The notes: generated by a model from the letters alone, not told the origin. Shown: positions 47,326-56,654, counted from the stretch's first letter. The stretch: DNA of 64,000 nucleotides from Clostridia bacterium (GCA_045588915.1 JAZNFA010000008.1:139744-203743); one strand, 5' to 3'. Translations and numbers: made by a program.

Positions 47326-48206
47326 TATCTTTTGCGATTGCTAATCAATTCCCAATATTGATGTTCTAGTGAACGAAAAACACGTTGTGCGCTGATAACC
47401 GTTACATGTGCTTTTGCAAGAGCATCTACGACTTCTTGGACTTGTTCTGGTTTCATATTTACAATAACCTGATCACCACATAAGCGTGCTGGAGTGTGAA
47501 AGACATCTTCAATAACTTTTGCAGCATAATTGGGTTGAGTTACTGTAATGCCTAATTTGGTATGGTCGAGTTCCCGAGCCACCATTGCATTGTAAGATTG
47601 AATGCTAATAATCATACCATCATCAATAATTGCAATCGTATCACAAAATTCTTCTATGTCGCTAATTCTTTGCGAAGTAATTAAAATTGATGTTTTTAAT
47701 TCATTGCTTATCTTTTTTAACAATACACGCAAATCTTTTGCTTGTTTTGTTGGTAAGTTTGAAAAAGGTGCGTCTAAAATTAAAATGTCAGTACGTAATA
47801 TTAGTGGTAGTGCAATTTTCAATAAATCAATTTCTGTTGCAGAAAGTTCATAAACTTTATCATTTAAACGATTTCTTATATTAAATAAGGCCAAGATATT
47901 TTTTACATTTTTGCCATTATAACTTTTGTCATGCAACTTACAATAATCTTTAATAATCGTTTTTACTGAAACCGTTGGTATAAGTTGTTCTTTCGTAACA
48001 AAAGCGCCGATGAACTGGTTTGCAGGTATTTTAACTGTACCTTTGGTTTTTTGTGATAAAGTTAAAATTAATTTTGTTAATAAACTTTTTCCACTTTTGT
48101 GTTCACCAACTAGTGCTAAAATCTCACCTTCGTGTAAAGTTAAATTAACATCTGTTACTAATAGTTTTTTTGAACTGGATTTTTCTAAGTTACTAATGGT
48201 TAGCAT
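47319..48206 (-). CDS. ABC-type ATPase with degenerate catalytic motifs, no adjacent permease
   Basis: Walker A GEHKSGKS is intact. The signature is LSATE (not LSGGQ), Walker B is ILILDAP (Glu to Ala), and the H-loop is TSQ (His to Gln). Confidence 0.8.
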   Translation of the reverse strand: MLTISNLEKSSSKKLLVTDVNLTLHEGEILALVGEHKSGKSLLTKLILTLSQKTKGTVKIPANQFIGAFVTKEQLIPTVSVKTIIKDYCKLHDKSYNGKNVKNILALFNIRNRLNDKVYELSATEIDLLKIALPLILRTDILILDAPFSNLPTKQAKDLRVLLKKISNELKTSILITSQRISDIEEFCDTIAIIDDGMIISIQSYNAMVARELDHTKLGITVTQPNYAAKVIEDVFHTPARLCGDQVIVNMKPEQVQEVVDALAKAHVTVISAQRVFRSLEHQYWELISNRKRYY

Positions 48207-49243
48207 TCAAACCAACTCCTTTTACGTAACATTATCATAATAATTGATTGCGTAAGTGGTAATAAAGTAAATATTGTTAACCATAGTAAATTAGGCATAC
48301 TATTAACAAAACAATAAAGTAGTACTAAAATAAAGGCAATCAAGCTGCTTAAAGAATAGCGAATAAAACTTGCTTTACGATAAAATATTTTTTTGATACG
48401 TGGGTATACAAAATAAATCGATAAGTTAATTAAGGTATAAAGTGCTAATATAATATAAACTAAACTGTAACTTTCTGCTGGTGCTGCGTGTGTTAATGAA
48501 CAGAAAAAGTTAATGATTACAAAAATTAACGAACTGATTAAGGTCGAGGCCATTCGCAAACGATTGATAACAACATAATCGTTGCCAACTTTTACTTTGT
48601 TTAATTTTATTAAAGGTCTTAAATCATTTCCACCGATTGTTCCGGTTAGTCCAATTAAAGTTTGTTGGTATTGTGGTTCGGGTGTTGTTGTTATTTTTTC
48701 TGTTGGCTCAACGTATGGTAAAATATCTGGTAACGACTTTAAAGTTTGGTTAGAAGATTTTTGCGTATTATCTAACTTTAATGGTTCTGGTGGTGGAGTG
48801 ATTGTTAGTATGCGCTTATCATTTGGCAAGTGATCGGGAATTATATTCTTGGTTAATGGTAAAGAAAAAGCATCTTCGAGGGTAGTGTATGTTTTATTGT
48901 TTGTTTTTTCGGTGATTATGTCATTACTGCTTGCAAGTGCTGTTTGAGAAATAATATTATTATCATTATTTATAATTGTACTATAATCAATTTGAATTGG
49001 GTTTTTGCTTAAATATTCTCGACCATGTTTGGTAATGTTGTATACACGACAACGACCACCAATAGTTGATTGTTTTTGATAACTGTTAACCCATTTTTTG
49101 CCAGCCATACGGTGCAAAGATGAGTATAGTGTTGGTAAGGACATAATGACAGTATTACCCGATATTTTTTTGATTTCTTCAACCATTTCGGCACCATACA
49201 TTGGGCGTTTATCGAGTAAACTTAGAATAATAATTTCTGTCAT
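48200..49243 (-). CDS. PadR-family winged-helix regulator fused to a Thr/Pro/Asn-rich linker and about 4 C-terminal TM helices (GTG 49261 alternative start)
   Basis: IILSLLDKRPMYGAEMVEEIK..LPTLYSSLHRMAGKKWV matches the PadR N-domain. Hydrophobic C-terminal third. Overlaps the ABC ATPase gene. Confidence 0.8.
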   Translation of the reverse strand: MTEIIILSLLDKRPMYGAEMVEEIKKISGNTVIMSLPTLYSSLHRMAGKKWVNSYQKQSTIGGRCRVYNITKHGREYLSKNPIQIDYSTIINNDNNIISQTALASSNDIITEKTNNKTYTTLEDAFSLPLTKNIIPDHLPNDKRILTITPPPEPLKLDNTQKSSNQTLKSLPDILPYVEPTEKITTTPEPQYQQTLIGLTGTIGGNDLRPLIKLNKVKVGNDYVVINRLRMASTLISSLIFVIINFFCSLTHAAPAESYSLVYIILALYTLINLSIYFVYPRIKKIFYRKASFIRYSLSSLIAFILVLLYCFVNSMPNLLWLTIFTLLPLTQSIIMIMLRKRSWFEC

Positions 49244-49326
49244 ATTCTTGCCGTTTGCCACACTATAATTTTAGTGTCGAAATTATCTTCTTGTCAAGTT
49301 AAACTGGATTAAGTTATCTTTTTTTT

Positions 49327-50004
49327 ATGATAGATCCACGTAACATTATTCGTACGAACAAAAGATCTTTATCACTAATGATAAACGCTAAGGGAGAACT
49401 AATTGTTCGTGCTCCATATAATTATCCTGAAAGTAGAATTTTTGATTTTATTAAACAAAAAGAAGATTGGATTATTAAAAAACAAAATGCCATTCGTAGT
49501 AATTCATATATCAATCCTAATGTTGTCAATTACACAACTTTTATGTTTTTAGGAAAAGAAATAACGCCTTTAATTTCGAGCGAAGTGAAGGAAATTATGA
49601 TTAATGATAATAAGTTAATGATTCCTGCTAAAATTTCCAGTGATAAAATTTTAGGCAAAGTTGAAAAATGGTATCGTAAAGTCGCAAATGAAGTTTTGGT
49701 CGAGCGTGTGAATTATATGGCAAAGCAGTTACGTTTAAGACCAGTTAATATAACAACAAATAATAATAAAACACGTTGGGGCGTATGTGATAGTCGTGGA
49801 AATATAGCGATTAACTGGCGAGCTATTTTTTTGCCACCAAATCTATTGGATTATATAGTGGTACACGAATTGTGTCACTTGTTAGAATTTAACCATACAC
49901 CTGCATTTTGGAATATTGTTGAAAAAATAATCCCAGATTATCAAGTTGTGCGTAAACATTTAAAGTGTCTAAACTACTTGATTTTGTTGTTTAGAAAGGA
50001 GTAA
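49327..50004 (+). CDS. YgjP/DUF45-type metal-dependent hydrolase (HExxH)
   Basis: VVHELCHLLEFNH motif near the C-terminus. Confidence 0.8.
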   Translation: MIDPRNIIRTNKRSLSLMINAKGELIVRAPYNYPESRIFDFIKQKEDWIIKKQNAIRSNSYINPNVVNYTTFMFLGKEITPLISSEVKEIMINDNKLMIPAKISSDKILGKVEKWYRKVANEVLVERVNYMAKQLRLRPVNITTNNNKTRWGVCDSRGNIAINWRAIFLPPNLLDYIVVHELCHLLEFNHTPAFWNIVEKIIPDYQVVRKHLKCLNYLILLFRKE

Positions 50005-50013
50005 AATAACTAT

Positions 50014-51192
50014 ATGATGCAAAACAAGGAAATTTACTTAGATAATGCTGCTACGACTTATTGCAATGGTGAAGTTTTTTATGCTATGCAATCATATTTT
50101 ATTACAAATTATGGTAATCCAAATTCTCTTCACGAGATAGGATATACAGCTCGTAAAGCAATTAATGACGCACGTATCAATGTTGCAAAAATCATTAACG
50201 CAGATCCAGATGAAATTTATTTTACTTCAAGTGCAACAGAAGCTAACAATTGGGCAATTAAAGGAATTGTTTCGGCTTCGCCAATTAAACGTATTTTGGT
50301 TAGTTCAATTGAGCATCCAAGCGTAATGGAAACAGCACGATGGCTAACAGAAAAAGGCGTGGAAGTTGACTATATCAAAGTCGATGAAAACGGAATCATT
50401 TCAATTCCTGATTTGTTATCAAAATTATCCAAACCAACTTGTCTTGTATCTGTGATGACTGCAAATAACGAAGTTGGTACCGTACAGTATATTAATACAA
50501 TTGCTAATATTTGCAGTCAAAATAATGTGTACTTTCACACTGATGCATCACAAGCTTTGGAAAGTGTTAGTATTAACGTTAAAGAAATGGATATTACATC
50601 ACTGTCTTTATCAGGACATAAAATTTATGGTCCTAAGGGTGTCGGTGCTATTTATATTAAACGTGGTACACGTATTGATCCCTTTATTCATGGTGGTTAT
50701 CAAGAAAACGGAATGCGTGCTGGAACATATAATTTACCTGCGATAGTTGGATTGGGAAAAGCTGTTGAAGTATGTATGCGTGATACCAGTACAAACAATA
50801 CTCGCTTGAAAAAAATGCGTGATTATTTTATTCAAGAAGTTGAATCTAAAATTACTGGCGTGAAATTAAATGGGCATCGCAATCAACGTTTAAATAATAA
50901 TGTAAATTTCTCTTTTCAAGGTGTAAGTGGGGAGAGTGTTGTTGCTTTGTTGAATGTTGAAGGAATTAGAGTTTCGACTGGAACGGCATCTTGTAGCGAA
51001 ATAATGACACGTAGTCACGTTTTACAAGCAATGAACGTAAGTGATGAATATATCAATGGTACAGTACGTTTTACACTCGGACGTGCGACAACTAAGGAAG
51101 ATTTAGATTTTACAGTTAATACCTTAATCAATGTTATCAAAAAGCTACGTTCGATTAGTCCAATTGGTGTCAAAATGGAGGTAGCTGAATAA
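50014..51192 (+). CDS. nifS: Cysteine desulfurase (NifS/IscS type)
   Basis: YLDNAATT, PLP-lysine block SLSGHKIYGPKGVGA, active-site loop VSTGTASCSE..SHVL. Confidence 0.92.
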   Translation: MMQNKEIYLDNAATTYCNGEVFYAMQSYFITNYGNPNSLHEIGYTARKAINDARINVAKIINADPDEIYFTSSATEANNWAIKGIVSASPIKRILVSSIEHPSVMETARWLTEKGVEVDYIKVDENGIISIPDLLSKLSKPTCLVSVMTANNEVGTVQYINTIANICSQNNVYFHTDASQALESVSINVKEMDITSLSLSGHKIYGPKGVGAIYIKRGTRIDPFIHGGYQENGMRAGTYNLPAIVGLGKAVEVCMRDTSTNNTRLKKMRDYFIQEVESKITGVKLNGHRNQRLNNNVNFSFQGVSGESVVALLNVEGIRVSTGTASCSEIMTRSHVLQAMNVSDEYINGTVRFTLGRATTKEDLDFTVNTLINVIKKLRSISPIGVKMEVAE

Positions 51193-51584
51193 TGTATAAT
51201 GATTTTATTTTAGAACGTTTACAAACTTTACAGAATGCTGGTATGGTAACAAATGCAGATGCTGTTGGCCAAGTTGGTAATCTAAGTTTAGGTACAGTGA
51301 TTAAAATTTATTTACGTATTACAAATGGTGTTATTACTGAAGCAAAATTTAAAACATTTGGTGGTGTCTTTGCTTTGGTTGCAAGTGACATTGTTTGTGA
51401 TTTCTTAATTAACAGTTCTATTGAAACAGCTTTAACAATTAAAAATGAAGATATTGTTAGTGCTATGGATGGTTTACCGGAAGATAAATTACATATTGCT
51501 GATTTAGTACAATCTGCTGTAGTTGATGCTGTGGATGATTACTATAAAAAATTAGCAAAAGCAAAATTAAATGAAAAGAAGTGA
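51192..51584 (+). CDS. NifU/IscU-like protein lacking all three cluster-ligand cysteines
   Basis: Fold signature is retained (AVGQVGN, IKIYLRI, AKFKTFG, GLPEDKLH). GNxxCGD becomes GNLSLGT, FGCG becomes FGGV, and KxHC becomes KLHI. Confidence 0.8.
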   Translation: MYNDFILERLQTLQNAGMVTNADAVGQVGNLSLGTVIKIYLRITNGVITEAKFKTFGGVFALVASDIVCDFLINSSIETALTIKNEDIVSAMDGLPEDKLHIADLVQSAVVDAVDDYYKKLAKAKLNEKK

Positions 51585-51590
51585 TGGGCG

Positions 51591-52643
51591 ATGTTAGATT
51601 ATAGTGTAATTCAAAAAGCAAAATTAAAACTTGATGCAATTAAAGATATAGTTGGCAGTAAGCGTCAAGAATTAGAAACTTTGTTAAAAAAACAAGAGCA
51701 AGATTGGAATAATGTTGAACAGAATAAGCGTATTAAATCATTGCAAGAATTCGTTGCTGAGTTTGATGCTGTAAATAATGATCTTTGTGATTTTTTGGAA
51801 TTAACTTTAGTATGTTCCGAAAATGAACTTATCGAAGAGTATGAACGTGTCAAAAAACAGTTTGATGAATTTTATGTTAAGACTTTATTGGTCGGTAAAT
51901 ACGACGGCTGTAACTGTGTTTTAAATATTACAGCTGGTGCCGGTGGTACGGAGGCTCAAGATTGGGCAGAGATGGTAATGCGAATGATGTGTCGTTTTGC
52001 AGAACAACAAAATTTTAATTACGAAATTACCGATATTGAAGAAGGTGATGGTGCTGGAATTAAAGGTGCATCAATCGCTATTAATGGTGTGAATGCTTAC
52101 GGTATTTTTAAAAGTGAAGCAGGTGTTCATCGTCTCGTTCGCATTAGTCCTTTTGATGCAAATAAACGCCGTCATACTAGTTTTGTTGCTGTTGAAGTAA
52201 TTCCACAAATTGAAAAAACTGAATATAAAGTTGAAGAAAAGGATTTGCGTATTGATGTTTATCGTGCATCAGGGGCCGGTGGACAGCATATTAACAAAAC
52301 AGAAAGTGCTGTGCGTATTACTCATATTCCAACTGGAATTGTTTGCACTTGTCAGAATGGACGTAGTCAAATCCAAAACCGTCAAACTTGTATGCAAAAC
52401 CTTTTATCTAAATTAGAATATATTCATTTTGAAAATGAGCGTCGTAAATTAAAAAATTTACAACCGGTACAAATGAAGATTGAGTGGGGTAGTCAGATTC
52501 GTAGCTATGTCTTTTGTCCATACACAATGGTTAAAGACCATCGCACAAATGCAGAAACTTCAAATGTTGAAAAAGTTATGGATGGTGATTTGAAAATGTT
52601 TTCAGATGCTTTCTTATTGCAAAATACCGAGGAAAATCAATAA
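51591..52643 (+). CDS. prfB: Peptide chain release factor 2 (uninterrupted, no +1 frameshift site)
   Basis: SPF tripeptide (VRISPFD) and GGQ (SGAGGQHINKTESAVRITH). Confidence 0.95.
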   Translation: MLDYSVIQKAKLKLDAIKDIVGSKRQELETLLKKQEQDWNNVEQNKRIKSLQEFVAEFDAVNNDLCDFLELTLVCSENELIEEYERVKKQFDEFYVKTLLVGKYDGCNCVLNITAGAGGTEAQDWAEMVMRMMCRFAEQQNFNYEITDIEEGDGAGIKGASIAINGVNAYGIFKSEAGVHRLVRISPFDANKRRHTSFVAVEVIPQIEKTEYKVEEKDLRIDVYRASGAGGQHINKTESAVRITHIPTGIVCTCQNGRSQIQNRQTCMQNLLSKLEYIHFENERRKLKNLQPVQMKIEWGSQIRSYVFCPYTMVKDHRTNAETSNVEKVMDGDLKMFSDAFLLQNTEENQ

Positions 52644-52644
52644 T

Positions 52645-53583
52645 ATGTTAACTTTGGGGATTGAGACATCTTGTGATGAAACAAGTGTGGCTGTAATTGA
52701 TGAACAATTTAATATTTTATCAAATGTTATAATTTCACAAATTGATATTCATCAAGAATTCGGAGGTGTTGTTCCAGAAATTGCGGCACGTAATCATATC
52801 GAAAATATTTTGCCTGTATTAGATGAAGCTTTAAAAAAAGCTAATATATCAATTGAACAAATTGAGCAAATTGCAGCCACTACGCAGCCAGGATTGCCTG
52901 GTGCTGTTATGGTAGGGAGAGTTTTTGGACAAAGTATAGCTAATGCACTAAATGTACCTTTTGTCGCTGTAAATCATTTACATGGACATATCGCAAGTTT
53001 GCGTTTGTCTCATTCGGAGTTACAACCACCAATGTTATGTTTATTAGTTTCTGGTGGTCACACAATCTTGTTTGAAATCAATGAGAAATGGAAAACAAAA
53101 ATACTCTGTACTACAGCCGATGATGCTGTTGGAGAAGCTTTTGATAAGGTAGCTCGTGTGCTTGGGTTACCATATCCTGGTGGCCCAAAGGTTGCAAAGA
53201 TGGCAGATATGCAATTACCTTTTACTCCTATCCTTAATAAGTTTCCTAAAGATGTGTTTTCGTATTCAGGTTTAAAAACAGCAGTGCTTAATCATATTAA
53301 TTATGCTCGCCAAAAAGGAAATGAGTTAAACATTCCTGAAATCTGTGCAAATTTTCAATATTGTGCAATCAATCAATTATTAAATAAAACAATTGAATAC
53401 TTAGAAAAAACAGGAATTAAAAAATTGGGTATTTGTGGTGGGGTTTCGGCAAATCAATATTTACGTGAGCAATTTAATTTAATATGTCAAAAACGTAATG
53501 TGAAGTTGTATTTACCTGATTCTTGTTTGTGTGGCGATAACGCTGCAATGATAGCTGCAGCTGGATTACTTCAGATAAAATAA
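52645..53583 (+). CDS. tsaD: tRNA N6-adenosine threonylcarbamoyltransferase TsaD
   Basis: GIETSCDETSVAV, VNHLHGHI and CGGVSAN motifs. Confidence 0.95.
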   Translation: MLTLGIETSCDETSVAVIDEQFNILSNVIISQIDIHQEFGGVVPEIAARNHIENILPVLDEALKKANISIEQIEQIAATTQPGLPGAVMVGRVFGQSIANALNVPFVAVNHLHGHIASLRLSHSELQPPMLCLLVSGGHTILFEINEKWKTKILCTTADDAVGEAFDKVARVLGLPYPGGPKVAKMADMQLPFTPILNKFPKDVFSYSGLKTAVLNHINYARQKGNELNIPEICANFQYCAINQLLNKTIEYLEKTGIKKLGICGGVSANQYLREQFNLICQKRNVKLYLPDSCLCGDNAAMIAAAGLLQIK

Positions 53584-53625
53584 TTGTCAATTATTGTTTT
53601 TTGTCTTATAGTGAATTGGGGGATT

Positions 53626-54714
53626 ATGGAGCAAAAAGTTTACGAAGGTTATAAAAAAACTACATCAAGTAATAGTAAGCAAGATGTTCTTGCTCAAACT
53701 ACTGTGTTGAGTAGTGTAAAAACTGCATCCTCCAAGAAAACTACACGAACCTCTAGTGCGCGTTCAGTAAAAAAAACTACAATTTCAAAACCACGTATTG
53801 CAATGTTTATTGATGTTGACAATGTTGGTATAAGTCGTGAAAATTTGTTAGAAATATTATTTTACATCAATGGAAAGTATCAAATCGAGCAATGCAAATT
53901 ATACGGTTTTAATGAAGATACATTACCTGGAATACGTGATATTGCAGCAGAGTATAATATGACAACTATCGGTAAGATGAAGTTTAAACAAACTGGTGTT
54001 AATTGTTTGGATTCTCGTTTGTTAATAGATGCTTACGAATGTGCCGAAAATAACAAACAAAAAATCGATATGATTTTTGTTTGGTGTTATCCATGCGACC
54101 TAGAACAATTATTTGAAAAAATGATTAAGCTTGGCGTTAATACTTCGACGATTGATAACAGTATCTTTGATTGTAAAAATAAATTTGTTTCCCAAACTTT
54201 TAAATTATATTCGCCATATAATTTTACGATGGAGCAATCAACGTACGGTAAGGTACAAAATCAACCATCACAAATTTCACCTAATGAGAAAATTGAGCAG
54301 AAAGCTAATCCTGCTCCTAATGTTCAAACAAATCCAACTTCAACGATTCAAGCACAGCCACAATCAATTTTTTCGGAAAATGCTGTTCCACCAACATTAC
54401 CTCGTCGTACTATTTTGGAGCGCTCTAACCCAAATGAACCCAAAAAAGAAGTGCAAAATTTAGAACAACAAGAAGAAGATCAAACGAGTAACGAAACGGA
54501 TGATAAACCTAGTTCTTTAGTTGAAGAGATTGCACGTAAATTAAATTTACAAATGCCAACAGCCGAAGAAATTTCTAATGACATGGAAGAATTTGAAAAG
54601 ATGTCGAATGCAAAAAATGATATGTTATTGGATTTATTAAAACAATCTGGATTTTCTAATTTGTTAGAAGATGAAAATACACTTAAATATGAAGACACAA
54701 TCGGCGATTTATGA
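53626..54714 (+). CDS. NYN (LabA-like) domain protein flanked by low-complexity Ser/Thr/Lys and Gln/Pro/Glu-rich regions
   Basis: RIAMFIDVDNVG..., NCLDSRLLIDA and IFVWCYPCDLEQLFEKMIKLGV follow the NYN pattern. SD GGGGGA before the ATG at 53626. Confidence 0.6.
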   Translation: MEQKVYEGYKKTTSSNSKQDVLAQTTVLSSVKTASSKKTTRTSSARSVKKTTISKPRIAMFIDVDNVGISRENLLEILFYINGKYQIEQCKLYGFNEDTLPGIRDIAAEYNMTTIGKMKFKQTGVNCLDSRLLIDAYECAENNKQKIDMIFVWCYPCDLEQLFEKMIKLGVNTSTIDNSIFDCKNKFVSQTFKLYSPYNFTMEQSTYGKVQNQPSQISPNEKIEQKANPAPNVQTNPTSTIQAQPQSIFSENAVPPTLPRRTILERSNPNEPKKEVQNLEQQEEDQTSNETDDKPSSLVEEIARKLNLQMPTAEEISNDMEEFEKMSNAKNDMLLDLLKQSGFSNLLEDENTLKYEDTIGDL

Positions 54715-54728
54715 TATAATACTTTATT

Positions 54729-56495
54729 ATGCGTAAAATTACATATCACGAATTACGAAAAATGTGGTTTGATTTTTATCAATCACACGAACATCAAATT
54801 ATTCCATCATGGTCGTTAGTCCCCGAAAACGACGGCAGTGTTTTATTTACTACTGCTGGAATGCAACCTTTAGTTCCTTTTTTGTTGGGAGAAAAACACC
54901 CTGCTGGTAATCGTTTATGCGATATCCAAAAATGTGTGAGAACTGGTGACATTGATGAAGTTGGTGACAATAGTCATTTAACCTTTTTTGAAATGATGGG
55001 GAACTGGTCGTTGGGTGATTATTTTAAAAAAGAAAAAGTTGCATGGTCTTATGATTTTTTAACTAATCCAAAGTATTTAGGTTTAGATAAAGAGCGTATT
55101 GCCGTAACAGCCTTCGCTGGGGATGAAGTTGCTCCACGTGATAATGAAGTGGCTGAATATTGGAAACAAGTTGGAATTCCAACCAACCGAATATTCTTTT
55201 TGCCTAAAAGTGAAAATTGGTGGCAGTTAGCTACGGGAACTGGTCCTTGTGGCCCAGATAGCGAAATGTTTTATGACACTGGTAAACAACCATGTTCTCC
55301 TGAATGTAATCCTAGCTGTGACTGTGGTAAGTATGTTGAAATTGGTAATGACGTTTATATGCAATACGTTATTCATCAAAAAGATGGAGAAGCTGTCCCA
55401 GCAAAACAACGTAACGTAGATACAGGAATGGGTTTAGAAAGGTTACTTTGTTTTGTAAATGGCTATCAAACTGTTTATGATAGTGAGTTATTTGCGCCAG
55501 CAATTCAAATTGTAGCTGATGATTGTCAAAAATCATATTTGGAAAATACAAAAGCTTTCCGTGTTCTTGTCGAACATACACGTGCAGCAACAATGATTTT
55601 AAGTGACGGTGTTGTTCCATCAGCAACTGGCCAAGGTTATGTTTTGCGTCGTCTAATTCGTCGTGCTGTTCGTATGGCAAATCAGTTGGGTTGCTCACGT
55701 AATGTTTATGAAAAATTAATTCAATTTTACCGTGAATTCTTTCAAGGTATTTATCAAATTGATGCTAGTGTTACTAAAAATTATTTAGAGGAAGTTGATA
55801 AATTTTCGAAAACCATTGAACAAGGAATTCGTGAGTTTAATAAAATTTTACCGTATTTAAAAGATAAGCAGTTTTCAGGTAAAACAGCATTCCGTCTGTA
55901 TGAAACTTATGGTTTTCCAATTGAATTAACTCAAGAGTTAGCAACGGAAAACGGTTTAACGGTAAATATGGAGGAATTTGAAGCAGCTAAAAATAAGCAT
56001 AGTGAGTTAAGTCATACAGCTTCTGCTGGAACCTTTAAAGGTGGTTTAGCTGATACTAGTGAAGAAACAGCATATTTGCATACAGCTACACATTTATTAT
56101 TAGCTGGATTAAAAAAGCTTTTCGGTAAAGAAACTGTTCAAAAAGGAAGTAATATTACACCTGAACGTTTGCGTTTCGATTTTAATTGTGATCATAAATT
56201 AACACCAGACGAAATTACCTTTTTGGAAAAATTTGTTAACGATGCAATTCAACAAAAAATTCCTGTTACCGTAAAGGAAATGTCAATTGCTGAGGCGCGT
56301 GAAATTGGCGCTGAGGGATCTTTTGCTAATAAATATGGCGAACGGGTTAAAGTTTATACAATAGGCGATGTATCAACTGAAATTTGTGGTGGTCCTCACG
56401 CAAATAATACCTCTGATTTAGTTAGTTTCAAAATTATTAAAGAAGAAAGTAGTAGTGCCGGAATTCGACGTATTAAAGCTGTTATTAAAAAATAA
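54729..56495 (+). CDS. alaS: Alanine--tRNA ligase, compact form (588 aa, no C-Ala domain)
   Basis: FTTAGMQPLVPF, KCVRTGDIDEVGDNSHLTFFEMMGNWS, GPCGPDSEMFYD, DTGMGLERL. Editing motifs HTATHLL and CGGPHANNT are retained. Confidence 0.9.
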   Translation: MRKITYHELRKMWFDFYQSHEHQIIPSWSLVPENDGSVLFTTAGMQPLVPFLLGEKHPAGNRLCDIQKCVRTGDIDEVGDNSHLTFFEMMGNWSLGDYFKKEKVAWSYDFLTNPKYLGLDKERIAVTAFAGDEVAPRDNEVAEYWKQVGIPTNRIFFLPKSENWWQLATGTGPCGPDSEMFYDTGKQPCSPECNPSCDCGKYVEIGNDVYMQYVIHQKDGEAVPAKQRNVDTGMGLERLLCFVNGYQTVYDSELFAPAIQIVADDCQKSYLENTKAFRVLVEHTRAATMILSDGVVPSATGQGYVLRRLIRRAVRMANQLGCSRNVYEKLIQFYREFFQGIYQIDASVTKNYLEEVDKFSKTIEQGIREFNKILPYLKDKQFSGKTAFRLYETYGFPIELTQELATENGLTVNMEEFEAAKNKHSELSHTASAGTFKGGLADTSEETAYLHTATHLLLAGLKKLFGKETVQKGSNITPERLRFDFNCDHKLTPDEITFLEKFVNDAIQQKIPVTVKEMSIAEAREIGAEGSFANKYGERVKVYTIGDVSTEICGGPHANNTSDLVSFKIIKEESSSAGIRRIKAVIKK

Positions 56496-56565
56496 TTGTA
56501 TAAAATTTTTATGTCTACACAAAATACTATTAGTTCGAAAGAACATCGAACAAAGGAGGTGGACA

Positions 56566-56634
56566 ATGGCAAAAACAGCTAAAAATTGCAAGACTGGACG
56601 TTGTAAGAAATCAAGTTCGGCAAAGGCTGAATAA
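56566..56634 (+). CDS. Candidate 22-aa basic peptide MAKTAKNCKTGRCKKSSSAKAE
   Basis: Consensus SD AAAGGAGGT 6 nt before the ATG. Hairpin GTTCGA-N7-TCGAAC just upstream. Own strong terminator downstream. Too short for the ORF track. Confidence 0.35.
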   Translation: MAKTAKNCKTGRCKKSSSAKAE

Positions 56635-56654
56635 TAGCTAAAAGCCACACAACG

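Noticed and set aside
51591-52643. Programmed +1 frameshift (CTT TGA C) expected in many prfB genes
   Set aside because: The ORF is continuous from the ATG through the SPF and GGQ motifs, and no in-frame TGA occurs near codon 25. This prfB is the non-frameshifted type.
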